Shown in pieces: positions 9,945 to 22,619 of a stretch of 64,000 bases of DNA; the first letter of the stretch is position 1, and the number at the start of each line of letters is the position of its first letter. Under the pieces are notes generated by a model. That model was not told the DNA's origin. It saw only the letters and a program-made list of their open reading frames with translations, and ran no database searches. The translations under genes and the position numbers were made by a program. The stretch spans positions 62,001 through 126,000 of the forward strand of contig JBDOQK010000005.1 of NCBI GenBank assembly GCA_040437565.1. The letters run 5' to 3'. This DNA comes from Albugo candida (Eukaryota).

Positions 9945-12900
9945 TTAGCTATTCGTATGTTGCTGCTCCAATACGCCATCTGCTTCTCTAAGCAATAACT
10001 GAAACTTGGCCACTAAACGCTGCATTGTGCGATTGGACGCAATTGAAGGTAGTATCGAATTTCGGAGCAATTCTCTTCGAGACATTCCCTGCACAAAAAT
10101 ATTTAGAAAACAAGTCTTCTAAATGAGTCAGTCTCACGAGTATGAACGGATCCCAGCTACCACTTTCCTTTTCTTCAATTCGATCATTTTGTCTAAAATT
10201 GAGCCAACGCGTCAATCAATAGGATATCAGCCTTACGATATAACGTACGCATGAACGGGACCGAGTAAATCAATGCAAAGCTCATCTAAACGACTCAAAT
10301 CTTCGTCTTGCGCCAGAAATTTTGCATATGCTGTCAACCTATGACCAACACTCAAAAAAGCAAAATTTTGTGTCACTATCTTCATACCAATATTGATACT
10401 CTTCCTGGCTTTCCAGTACGCGACACGCTGCAATTTGATGCTCCAAATGAGACCGCGTGAGATTCCGCTGTAAATATGGATCCGTCATCTCACTCAGCAT
10501 CGCTGATGGGATACCCCGTTGAGATCGTGCATAGCCTGAAGCTGTCTGTAGCTGTCGAAGTAATTTCATCTATCAACACCAATTTCAATACCATTCTCTT
10601 CACAAAATTGCACGCTGATACCGGAGCATTATTGCCTGAGACGACATTGGTCGGCAGTGATGTGCTGAAATCTGAGAAAATAAAACTCGCATCTGTGACC
10701 CGCATCCTATCCATCCGAATATCAAATCAAGACAATCCACACAATGCACGCGAACCAGCTCTCCATATTTTTGTCGAAAATGTAATTCTCCAACGTTGAA
10801 GGCCCCTTGCCGTCCCTTGTACTCTTGGTGATGGTTATGATCGGCATACCTCGCGATGTTATTTGACACCGTAATAGTGTCATTTTATAGCCATTCTCTC
10901 CCTTGAATTGTGAATTAAGCGTTTGATCGAAAAGGGAATCGATATAGCGCTTACTCCGATGACAGAGTCGATCGATTCGGTCAAGAGCTTTTTCCGTGCT
11001 CGAATATTCCAAACATGAAGTTTCCCACTCGTTGAAATGACCAAGAGATAATCAGAGTTGCCACGAGAGCATTCCATGACTGAGATCGCGCTATCAATCG
11101 CTATGAACGAATCAGCAGAGTACTGACATATGGAACCTTTTCCTCACCGATGCAGGGGAAGAAACGTTGGCCTCGGAGACTAAGAATGAATATTTGACCG
11201 CCATCCAGTCCAAACGCACAGAAGAAAGCATTTCCGGTACCACATACTCCTCGACCCGGCAGACGATCCATCCATTGCGTTTGACTTTCTTGGTGGCAAC
11301 GCAATGTCGTATATATCGGGCCGCGTGCTGGTTGAGCTGGTGGGTCAAATTGTTTGAAGAAAATGCGACACAGAGTGACGTACCAATGAGATTGTCATCG
11401 TCTTCTACCTTGAGATTGTGAACCGTGATTTCAATGTTGAGAGGATGCTGCTTGGAATCATTCGACAAGAAACGAGTCTCCAATTTGTTTGCAAATATCT
11501 CAATGCTGAACGATAAGCGTAATGGTATTGGTGACAAGAGTGCAGTTCTAAAGGGTGTGTACATCACAAAAAAAGATACTGCGTGCACAAAGAGCGTCAC
11601 TAGACCTGGATTCACCCGGCACACATTTGGATGATCGAGGCACAATGTCTCTTGCTTTTGTCGAATTCTGCAACTGTTTTCGCCTGACAGAGTTATCATT
11701 TCGATTTCGCTTTCGTTGTGAGACGTAAGATACCACGTTTTTATCTGCTGAAGCGATTTCTTTCTCTTGCACGCTATCGGAAGTTGTGGAGGTCGTGTGG
11801 ATTCGCTCTGCTTGGTCTACTGGTGAGATCTGTGTTGTAAGAGTATTCGATGCATTTTTCTGCTCCCTCGTGGCTACAGGATCATGCACAATGCTTTGAC
11901 ATTGACCATATGTGCCCTGATTCAAATTGACTTTATGTCGTTTCGATACAGGCTGCAACAAATTGACTTGTGGCTTTGTGTCCGATACAAATATCTGCTC
12001 GGTAAAAATTCCATTTTGCTTGGTTGAGTCATTTTCTTGTTCTTCCATCTAGACACTCCCTGAGCACTTATGACGCCAGCAACCAGCGATGATACCTGAA
12101 GCTGCATTGGGTTTTCGATCAGCGTGTTGATTTGCGTGTTACCTACGTGAGCTCCATACTAGCACGATATGAGCAACGATGCAAGATGAATGAATCAGTT
12201 CCTACTCGGGTCTGTAGGATCCTGCTTTGCTCGATTCCAGCGATAGGCTTCCCAATCTCACTCTCATTAAATTGAAAGCAACAGACACTTCCGTCCAGTG
12301 ATGAAGCAAGCAGGATGTAACCATTCTTGGACCAAGTTAGGTCTGTAACACACGCCTGAAAACACTCTGTGACAACCACAAGAGGCCGCGCTAATTTCGC
12401 CAGCCAGATACTGATGGTAGCATCATCACTTCCAACAGCGCAACATGCGTATTCATGATCCTTTTCTGTCCCACAAGCTCGGAAAAGTTGACGATTGAAA
12501 CGACATGTGGTCACCACTCCTTTATGTCCCACCAAATTGAGTTCGTTTGTCCACGTTGTGCGATTGAATAAGGCAGCAACGTTTTGCTTGGAGCTGAATG
12601 CATGTGTAGCACACAATACAGATCCATCCGGAGACCAACAAAGCCGACGAAAGTGCGAGCTGGAAGCACACGACTCAAATGGTTCGGTCAAAATCTCAGT
12701 TTCCTATGAAAAGAACATGTGATTTCGCAATCAGCTTCAAGGCATTTCTATTATCTCGACCTCCCAGGAATCCGTATTCCACAGTCGAACAGACTTGTCT
12801 TCCCCGGAACTTGATAGATACTTTCCGATTGGATCCCAAGCAATTCCTTTGACCCAACCATTATGACCTGACAACGTGCGGATTGGATTGGACATGATGG

Positions 12901-13517
12901 ATTGTATGGAGGACGGATCTACGTTCCATATCAAAATCGTATTGTCAATACTGCAAGAAGCGAGCATTCGATCGTCTGGGGACCACGCTAAATCTTGCAC
13001 GTCTGAATGTACAAAATGATGTTCTTTTTGTAAAGAGAATGCAAAGCTTCTTACTGCGTTACCCATTGTGTGACTTTTCAAAGTAGCGAAACAAACCCAA
13101 TTCTGCTTGTTGGCAATTTGTTTGGACCCAAAAGCTACGCACGATGCGATTCCAGGCTTCATTTTGTATAGCAATATCAATCGATCGTCAGACCCTGAGG
13201 CCAAATAGAGTCCATGTTTTGCCCAACGGACACAGTTGACAGCCTGCTGATGGTCGCTTAGTGTTGCGAGAAGCTCAAAGTCTGAAATTCGAGTCGCTTT
13301 CTGAGTCGATACCGTCGGTGGGCTCAGCGACCAAAGTTTGACGCAATTATCTGATAAGAGCGCAGTTATATTATATGTCATTGTGTGGTTTCTAATTACC
13401 TCCGCCTGCAGTTGCAAACATGTTTTTGTGTGGATGACCATCAATGCCATAGATCGTCGTGTTCTCACTGACAGATGAGCCATTATGCTTGACATCGGAA
13501 GGTTTCTCTATTAGCAT
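9945..13517 (-). CDS. HIRA: Histone chaperone HIRA/Hir1, multi-exon
   Basis: The true start at 13517 reads MLIEKPSDVKHNG..IYGIDGHP..FATAGG|DNCVKLW. Also HQQAVNCVRW, DVQDLAWSPD, GHNGWVKGIAWDPIGKYLSS, FRRLCWSPDGS, TRSHLEHQIA and a last exon ILPSIASNRTMQRLV..TNS*. Confidence 0.92.
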
Positions 13518-13611
13518 TCGAATCGGTGAAATGTGGTGGTGTGTTACACGAAATAGGACTTCGCTATGCTATAGTATAAACGATTATAACGCGTGAATTT
13601 CAAAGTATACG

Positions 13612-14650
13612 ATGAAGTTGATACAAGCTTCCTGGCTTCCAGGTCGCTTTATAAATGAAGAAAAGCATCAGTTTGAGTAGGAGTGTGATACATGCTACTA
13701 ATAGGCTCCAAGGATTCAGACGGCTTCAGGTCGCATGAAGTACGAAGATCCTGAGAAGAGCAGCAAAAATATCAAGAAGAGGTGCAACAAATGCTCGAAA
13801 GTCAGTGGGATGCAAAGCGTAGAGATATGAATTCGGACGCGGAAAAGCTCTCGTGAGAGAAAATTTAATTCTGAAGATCGTCGAATCACTGGGTAAGGGA
13901 TCTTTTGACGATATTTGCGACAAAAGAGAGAGACATCTGAACGGGTGACTCATTCAGCGGAACAAAAAAGAGATAAACTACAAATGGAAAGGTTACATAG
14001 GTGACTGAGATGCGCGATATGAAAAGAAGCGATTGGAAAATATGAAGCGCAGTCTCGCTTGCTTACAAATCAGTTGACTAAAACTGAGATATCATCAGCC
14101 CATTAGAGTAACCGCGAGCTTATGAAGAGAAACTACCTCAAGACTCTTTGGTTCACGCCACGATAAAGAACATCACAAAACGCTAAGGCTAGAAAGTCAG
14201 AATGATGTTCTGGTCAATAGAAACAAAACTCTTCGGAGCCAACTTGTGAGCACTGGAAGATAACAAATTAAGTCCACGCTGAAGTTGTGAGACTAGGAGA
14301 AGAAATGATAGGCTTCCGATGCGAATGAGCAAATATGCTTATGAAAAAACGTAAACGGATACTAGAGATTGCAGAAAGTCAACGGCATAAGTCTCAGCGT
14401 AAAGAGGATAATCTATCTCCAAATACTTGTTCCCAATTGTCTATTGACACGGAACGAAAAAATGTATTCTGTTCGAGTGAAACTTGTCCATCCATAGTTA
14501 TGTACAAGAAATGAAATATTCATAGCTAAAATCTTGAAGGTTTCACAGAGAAAATGGATCACAATTGTACAGAATACCTTGAAAACTATAAACCTGAGTC
14601 GAAATCTACAGAGTCCGGTAAATGATATGATTTCGATAACTATCTTCAAT
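13612..14650 (+). CDS. Possible multi-exon coiled-coil hypothetical gene; boundaries uncertain
   Basis: ATG at 13612 divergent from HIRA; K/E/R-rich short exon-like segments separated by GT..AG introns. Confidence 0.3.
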
Positions 14651-14722
14651 CTACTGGAAGAGTGTGATAGTAAGGTTGGCAGTGACTCACTTTGATCGTT
14701 TGGTACGCTTCTTTACAACTAA

Positions 14723-15820
14723 TCAGCCAAAATCATCAGACCGCTGCTTTCGTAAGCGTACACTAGTCGCAATTTTTGCATCAATTCGATCGCGCGCTGT
14801 CCATCGGACGTGTCTGGGCAATTCTAGGCAGATAAAAAACTCAGCTTAGACGACGAGAAATGTTTGTGATGTCATCAAAAACCTGGAGAAACTGCCGTAA
14901 TTCTACTGTTTGTCGGGCTACTTTTTTCAGATCGGAAGTAACATCGATTTCTTCCGGCGTTTTCATCAGCTGTTGGTATAGCCTTACCATCAGCGATCCG
15001 ATGCTTGCTGTGGGTGCAAGTGTACGAAGTAATGACAGTAATCGAGTCCGCTGCGAATGGATTTGTGTGTTGACACTTCTGATAAGACATCGCGTCTGAA
15101 TGAGACAAATTTGATAATGCTTATCATTGGAGATAGCGAGAGTACATAGACACCTACCTGGTCGATATCTTCCTCCACACTTGCTGCAAAATTCTCGGGC
15201 TCTGAGATATCCTTTACAGAATGTAACGAAACCTCATTGTCATCTTCCACCAAAACCGCTTCTTTTTGTAAATCCGCAAGCTTTTCTTCCAATAGAACCT
15301 TTTGTTCAGCATCATCCAATTCGGCAGTTGCCATATTCTCATCACGCAAGCCGAGTTGCGTGTATTCCTCTTGCAGGAGCTGAACACGCTCTGTCAGCCG
15401 CCTGAGAACTTCCTTTAAGTTTTTGTGTTTTTTCTGACCAATTGTATCAGTATCGAAAGAAGAACAAGGCCGAAGTCGTTTAGATGATCGCCGCTTTTGC
15501 TCAATCGCTTGATTAAGAACATCCATTTCGAGATCCAACTTGCGGAGGGAGCGCTTGTATTCTTTCTAATATCATCCATCGTAACAAAGCAATATTATAA
15601 AGATTGTAAGTGTAAGCCAAGACCTGAATCTCAACGTTTCGCCGCAATAAAACATCTTCGAACTAATTTGATATTTCATTGAGATTTCTGAATCCTGTGC
15701 AACGGAGTACATTACCTTCACCGTTCGCTGAGAAATTTGTCCTTCCAATGAGACTTTTTCTGACTCCATTTGATCAATGCGCTTCATTCCCAATTGTAAT
15801 GCCTCTGGAAATGAGAACAT
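14723..15820 (-). CDS. Multi-exon coiled-coil hypothetical protein; boundaries approximate
   Basis: ORFs 15572-15820 and 14990-15538 are heptad-like and E/K/L-rich (LRRLTERVQLLQEEY, LLEEKLADLQKE); donor site GTAATG after ..QRTVK. Confidence 0.45.
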
Positions 15821-17059
15821 TGTGTTTTGGAGCTTTTGAAGTGCCTTTAAATCAGTACAAATCTGGATTTCGGATGTCTAAGATTCACATTTTTATTTTG
15901 TAAGGAAGGGAACGGGTATGGTGCAATTAGTTAGGATCAAAGGTACCAAAACAGGCATAGACGAGAAAGGAAGCGATTCTGTCATTTGTGACAGCTTTGC
16001 TGCCAAGAACGCGTCAGAGACGCGAAGCTGGTGAGAATTGATGGATAGTACTGATATGAACTCAATTGTTTAGCATGTGGGTGAGCCGAACCTTTTCTGT
16101 GCACGCACGAAGCTGCATGACGCAGCGCACTAAGCCACCGGGAACTTCCGCCATTGCTGCAGCGTTTGATGCCTGAGAGTATATAAGCTTGTGGAGGTGT
16201 TCTCGACAGGTATTGATATAATCGGTGCTATATAACCACTTACAATTTCGCGAGAGTTATAAAACTTTAAAGTAATTCAACTTTCATTGCTCTCGCATCC
16301 ACGAGTGAATCCCGTCGAAGGAGATGAGAATCTTTCAAAGATAAGCGAGTCGCTAGTATTGAAGAGAATTTTCAACAAAGTATATTATAGAGATTTGATG
16401 ACACGCATTCGGGATGTACTCAAACGAGATGCACAGATACCAATAATTTCTATTATGTTGCGTGTTCCATCGCATTGGTTGAAGCGTTACTATATAGCTG
16501 AGATTCGATACTTTGCGATGGTATGCAACATGCTGAAGTGTAATTTGTTCATTCTATACGTAAACTATTGCAGTCAATAGCACAGTAGTTGCCTATATTT
16601 TGTGCCTGTGAGACATTGTCACGCCATACTTCATCTCGTCCTCACGTACGATAGAGACAACATACGCTGGTCTGAGCGCGCTTGTGCATGGTGTTCGGCC
16701 ACGCATTCTAATACTATATCATGCTATTTATTCCTAAATATTGCCTATGTTGGCGCATAGGGCTCGAGGTAGGTGAGATAAAGGCCCATACCCTCCGTTT
16801 CCAACTTTTCAGGCGTGCTTCGTATCACTTGTACTAGCATCAACACGAACAACATTTGGCACTCTATGTAGGTTCAGTGTAAAGCATAAGTATTTTGCTG
16901 CTCTCTTGCAAAAAAAGACGAAAAGGCGAGAAATTTATTCATGCGCAAGAATGTAGTAAAGCATCGCTTAGGTTTCCAATTCTCTCTATATTCTACAGCA
17001 TCAGAACAGCACCGTCCACTAAAATATTTTGCGCTTTCCACTTTACAGCAACATCAATA

Positions 17060-17581
17060 ATGGTATCTCTCGGGTATATAATGTACGGTCTCTCCCTTCT
17101 CGCGTGTATCAACACAGTCGATGCATCGTATCCGGTTGTGGCACCTTCACCATTTCAAACGGCTCTAAACAGTCCGAATTGTTATGGGCTCACCGTAGAT
17201 GCATCTTACAACGGCTCAACAGTCTGGAATATATGCTCTTTTGATATGGATCACAAAGTACTAGCTCCAGGTTGCGCACAACGTTTTCAGCAAATTCTAG
17301 TACAGTTTCTCAAGTACTACAAAATCGATCGCAACGTGGACAGTATTGACATGGATTCTCTCGCTTTAATACTAAAGCACCATTTCCCAGCGATTGGATT
17401 TAATGCCGAAAACATGTATGATATTACAACCAGAGAGGATTTTGAGGAGTGGGTGCTTAAGCACCATCCATTACCCTACTACTTATTTGGCTACGCCCTG
17501 GTCACAGCCATAAACGACAACACTTTGTTCCTCGTTAATGTGGCTATCTACTTGGCGGTAAACTGTCCAATGGGGAAATAG
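17060..17581 (+). CDS. Small secreted Cys-containing protein (173 aa), candidate effector, family member A
   Basis: ATG 17060 gives a signal-peptide-like MVSLGYIMYGLSLLACINTVDA|S. Intronless, with 4 Cys in the mature part, in a ~2-kb gene-poor island. Confidence 0.75.
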   Translation: MVSLGYIMYGLSLLACINTVDASYPVVAPSPFQTALNSPNCYGLTVDASYNGSTVWNICSFDMDHKVLAPGCAQRFQQILVQFLKYYKIDRNVDSIDMDSLALILKHHFPAIGFNAENMYDITTREDFEEWVLKHHPLPYYLFGYALVTAINDNTLFLVNVAIYLAVNCPMGK

Positions 17582-18031
17582 AGTCTCATCCGAAGAATGC
17601 TTGCTCATGTATGGGAATGTTTTCTCAATCAGTGGACAGGTTTTCTTTAAATGACGGATGTCGTATGTGTGTCCAGTAGTTGTCCATAATCACCGGTACG
17701 AATATAACCCAAATTCTACGATTCTTTCAGCAGAGCTCTTATCATTCATTGTCTCAAGTGTTTTGTTCGGGACCCAAAACAATTGTAATGAGCAAAAACA
17801 GATGTAATTTATACGGACCACTTGACTAGTGTTGCTGCTATGTATACGGATGCTTATCCTTACTCTACGTCAATCGCTTTAGTTTGACCCCAGTCAAGCT
17901 CTATTCGAACATAATCCATTTGATTGAAACGCTATTTGTAAAGCACACTTCGACGTACGCTTGGATTGTTGCCCACAATGAGTCGTATTTCGAGCTAATT
18001 ATATCCATCCTAATACATCGTGAAACATACG

Positions 18032-21000
18032 ATGGAGCATGAAAGTTCTGACTCGCAAAATGAGCACATATCTTCGTCCAATCGACGCTACTCTTTAGCC
18101 TCACAGCTTCGTTTTGAAGCAATTCGTGACACCTTTGAGCACACAATCAACGAGAACGTGACATTGACGGAAACTTGCCGATGCATTTTAAACAAGCCGA
18201 AAGGTGAAAGACTCCCTGAAGAAATCCATCAGGTTTTGGTACTATCGTTTAACTGCCTTCATTGATCTGAGTCGATCATTCTTAGCTAAAGTCGTTGCTG
18301 AAAAAATCGAATTTGGTCAAGCATTTTCCTAGTCTTCTTCCAGGTACTCACATACCGAAAGATACTTTTGAAGCGCCTAAACTTCTCTCATTTGTAGACA
18401 AGGTTGGGACGTTAGAAAGGTACCACATTCCATGCAGCTCAGCCTCATATGATAGATGGATCGATTGTATCAAAATCTTCAGCTTCAAGTCTTCACGAAG
18501 GATGCGCTCATCTTCCAAAAAGTTTGCACTTTTCTGCTGATCGACGAGCTTTTCTTACTATTTATGTAGGGCGATGTTGGCCACTGCATGCATCTTGTTT
18601 TCACAGGAAAAGGTACGCGATCCAAAGACTTTTGGTGTATGACAGACTCACCTGTCCGTTGTAAGTGGCAATATATGCGACTTCGTCCTTATCCGATACA
18701 GCCGTTGAATCCATCTCCAATACCAACGTCCATTTCTCGCCTTCATATACGCATTTAATTGACATCGTCCCGGGGGATACCTTTGGCGAACGCGCGTTGC
18801 TTCTTCATAATAGTCGACGCACAGGCAAGCCACTTCGTTCGTTGTCGTCTCTATGGTATGCTCAAGCTCTCGTGAGTAGCATCCGCGATGGTGGTGAGCC
18901 CTACGGCTGAGTTGATTATAATCTCCCGATCACTATTTGTGGAGATGAGTGAGACGACAGTGGACGGAAACACCTCGTTGCTCAGACAGTTCCGCTCCGG
19001 CAAAGACATTGTCCGTTCCATTTTCCAAAGGCCACCCAGCCAGCGATACGAGAAGGATTTGAATATTGCTATTGACTACTTGAATAGCGTCAAGTTCTTC
19101 TCACGTTTTACCTTGGGCGTACGCAAAAAGCTCTGTAAGGTCATGAACTTTATCACTTGTGCGTCCAGTACGATTCTTTTCGAAGAAGGACAGATTGGTC
19201 GACATTTTTATATCCTTTTTAGCGGTCAGGTCGAAGTATCGGTCAAGTACAAGAATCGCTTTGACGAGACTTCGGGAAACGTGTTAGCAACACTTGGAGA
19301 AGGTGATTCCTTCGGTGAGTTGGCACTATCCGAATCCAATGGTGTGAGAAGAGCTACCGTCCAGTCGACGATATTTTGTGAGTTTCTCACGCTGAATCGA
19401 GAGCAATTCGAGCCACTGGTGAAGAAAACCCAAGGTGAATATCGGCAGAAATACGTCGCACTGTTACGGCAGAATCCATTGTTTCAAGGAGTAGAATGGA
19501 ATGACGAGATTTTGCAGAGTTTGTGTGCAGTAATGAATGAGAAGACCTTCCCGCTGGGTAGTGAAATTTGCAAGCAGGTTATCTCCACATTGAATTCTCA
19601 TGCAAGTCTTTTTAAACAATCGTTTCGATGAAGGGATCGCGGGCAATGGAAGTGGTTATTCTCGTACGCGGTGAGTGTGAGATGATTCAGGAAAAAATCG
19701 ATCCAATTTCGAGGAAATCGCAAGCTTACCGCGTCGGGCGATTCGGACCAACTTCGATTCTAAGTTCTGCAGAGTACGTGAAAACTCGCAAGTGTCATGA
19801 TTTTCATTCGAGTGAATGGATAGGACGTGCACCGGAAAGTTTACTGACATCATTCTGAGAGATTATGCGATTGTGGCCAGTACACTTGTCAAAGTGCTGT
19901 TGTTATCGCGCTATAATCTCTTCCAGATGCTCTCCATTGACACGCTCGTAACCATACAGCGACAATCATTGAAAATCAAGACAGAAAGTGTTGAAAGTCG
20001 AGCGTTAAAGACCGTATTATGGGATCGATATCGTCATGATGTGGTCCAACAAACAATTGGTAATCGGGCATTAGAGCCGACGCTTGCACGTTGTAGCTCT
20101 GCTCCAATATTTCCATCAAATCATAGCGTCCCGAGGCATATTGTCGACGCTGATTTTATCGGATTTAGCGATCTTCGGCCAAGGAAAAACTCTATGCTTG
20201 TTGAATCAGACTCCAACTTGTATCTGCTTACATCGAGACGATCACAGGCATCAGTGAAGATTAGTGCACGACACTCGATGAGCTCCGGGATGCAACAGAT
20301 TGCATCTCAACCAGTTCGAGGTCGTAGGCGAGGCATCAAACTAGGCATGTTGTCTCACATTAGTCAAGTGGCAAATGCAAAGCAAGCTGATCGATTGATA
20401 AAGCAGGAGCTTTCCGCTGATGAGGCCAAAGAACTCGTACGTACAGATATGATCTCGTTTGCAGCAAAAATTCTGTCAGAGCAGGAACGATATGACCGTA
20501 CCAAGCTCCTCGGGTATGCAAGTAAATCCCGCTCAGGTAAATCAGAAGCCTTGCAGAGCGCAATCCAATCGAGAGTTTTCTCGCCCGCATTTGCCGATGA
20601 TGGATTGAGGAAGCCAACACACGGAATTCATTATCCCTTCTCACTAGTTGGCTTTCTTCGTGAGCGTGTGTCTTCCTGTAGCAAAGAATGCCATTTCACA
20701 GGTTTCCGAATATTAGGAAAATGCCGTGCGTTTGGTGATGCAATCCATTTATTTCGCAGTGTCTGCTGCTTTGAGACAGAATGCCATCCACAAAATGACA
20801 TAAGTCAATTTGCTGTCTACAAAGACGAAGAGCTCACAATGCTTCTGGAAAACAATCATGACGGTCAAAAGTGTCCAGAAAAAACTGATATGTCATCAAC
20901 AAGAATGATAGTCGCTTCTCAATATCGACCACGCACTTTATCGTGCGGCAATGAGCAGCGCTTTGCATGCGCGAGAGTATTCCACAATACGATACCAAAA

Positions 21001-21366
21001 ACACATCCTGTTTCATCCATTGAGTCTCTGACAATGCATGTATACCAAAGCTTTTCTACCTGTCAAAGCGCTGTTCGTTTTGCGAAAACAAATGCGGACG
21101 TCTTCTTCGATACGACTCCTCTTCTTATTATTCCGTTTTATGAATGGATTTTGTTTTCAGATGTGCAAAAGTTGAGTGCAAATAGTACGGATTTGGATCA
21201 AGCGATTGAATTTGTGACAACACGGAACGCATTGACAGCATATGGTGGTGAAAGTATGCAACGATCCATTCAGTTGAGTACATGTAAGGGACGTCGAGAT
21301 GCCGTGGAAAAGGTCAGAGAGGCCACAAAGTGTAGAAAGACAGCATTAAGGCCATTGTATAGATAG
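18032..21366 (+). CDS. Multi-cNMP-binding-domain protein, multi-exon
   Basis: PGDTFGERALL, LFEEGQIGRHFYILFSGQVEV..LGEGDSFGELAL..RRATV, and a third degenerate domain ICKQ|GSRAMEVVILVRGEC. Confidence 0.8.
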
Positions 21367-21509
21367 AGAATCATAGTTTTAATTGCGCAACACGCAGACG
21401 ATGTCGAGTGCTTTTCGTGCTTTGGATCGAATTTGGAGATGGCATGCGAAACTACAGTTGACACTCGTATACAGGCTCGCATCAATTTGACTGGTGCAAG
21501 TGGCGACGT

Positions 21510-21516
21510 TCATTTT
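21510..21516 (+). promoter_or_regulatory. Oomycete INR-like element (TCATTTT), predicted transcription start of RPS15A
   Basis: Matches YCAYTYY about 35 nt upstream of a GTAAGT donor. Confidence 0.5.
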
Positions 21517-21546
21517 GTTTGTATTTTGCTAACGGATCCGATAAAC

Positions 21547-21742
21547 GTAAGTGGAAATTCATGGAGAAACAAGAGTATGCCGCTTGAGAACGCAGACAAT
21601 GTCATGCTGTCTTCGTATTTCTGTCAGTGGCATGCCCTTGTATCTCAATGTGGAGGCAGGAATCAACCGGGGTGTACCTCGATTTGATTCCGAAACCTTG
21701 GCTATGAGTACCTCAGTAACAAAGTCTCTTTCTTTGCTGTAG
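21547..21742 (+). other. Predicted 5'-UTR intron of RPS15A containing two long hairpins
   Basis: GTAAGT donor, GTAAC branch-like site at 21716-21720, pyrimidine tract, and TAG acceptor ending 2 nt before the ATG. Confidence 0.7.
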
Positions 21743-21743
21743 C

Positions 21744-22190
21744 ATGGTGCGAATGAATGTCCTGGCTGACTGTCTTAAGACAATTTACAACGCTGAAAAG
21801 CGTGGAAAACGACAAGTTTTGATCAGACCGCAGTCCAAAGTGATTGTCAAAGTACTGCAAGTTATGCAGAAAAACGGTTGGTTGACTTGTTTCTATGCAG
21901 CTTGTTGGTCTTCTTATCGCGTTGTGGTAGGATATATCGGAGAATTCGAGATCATCGACGATCACCGTGGCGGCAAAATTGTGGTTGAGCTCAAGGGACG
22001 ATTGAACAAATGTGGTGTCATATCTCCACGTTTCGATGTACAGGTTGCAGATATCGAAAAATGGATCAACAACCTTCTACCGTCCCGCCAGTTTGGACAT
22101 ATTGTGCTTAGTACTACGTACGGTATCATGGACCACCATGAAGCCCGTCGAAGACACACGGGTGGAAAAGTTATCGGTTTCTTTTATTAG
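21744..22190 (+). CDS. RPS15A: 40S ribosomal protein S15a (uS8); intron 21877-21930
   Basis: [83 protein letters not shown]. Removing 54 nt gives the canonical 130 aa. Confidence 0.97.
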   Translation: MVRMNVLADCLKTIYNAEKRGKRQVLIRPQSKVIVKVLQVMQKNGWLTCFYAACWSSYRVVVGYIGEFEIIDDHRGGKIVVELKGRLNKCGVISPRFDVQVADIEKWINNLLPSRQFGHIVLSTTYGIMDHHEARRRHTGGKVIGFFY

Positions 22191-22619
22191 AAAGCATTAT
22201 CAATCGCGAAAACAGCTCGGATCCGTTTTGTCTTCTTTTTGAATTGAGCACCGCAAATCCCTGTGTAATCTGAGAAGCAATATAGCAACATATTACCAAT
22301 CCATTCACAAGTGTTACATTTTTAACCGTTCCTGCAGCTTTCTGAAAGTCAAGTGATATCTGCTCAGTTATCTCGAAAGAAGCATCCCATCTCGCAGCCA
22401 CCATCTCGTTCATCCAGAGCGCCCGTCTACCATAACGTGACCCTCTTTAAAGATGTGAACGAGCAAGGTATAGCGGTGAGTATGACTTAATCATAACTTC
22501 TTTTTACACATCACTGATTGGATTATTTCTGTCCAATGCTATCACTCGTTGCACTAAATTCCGCCAATCAGGTCGCACGAACAAACGTCGAGAATCGCGA
22601 GATATAATTTGGAGTACGC

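Noticed and set aside
16895-17059. N-terminal extension of the 228-aa ORF
   Set aside because: It begins at a non-ATG codon; ATG 17060 gives a signal peptide and matches the paralog start context
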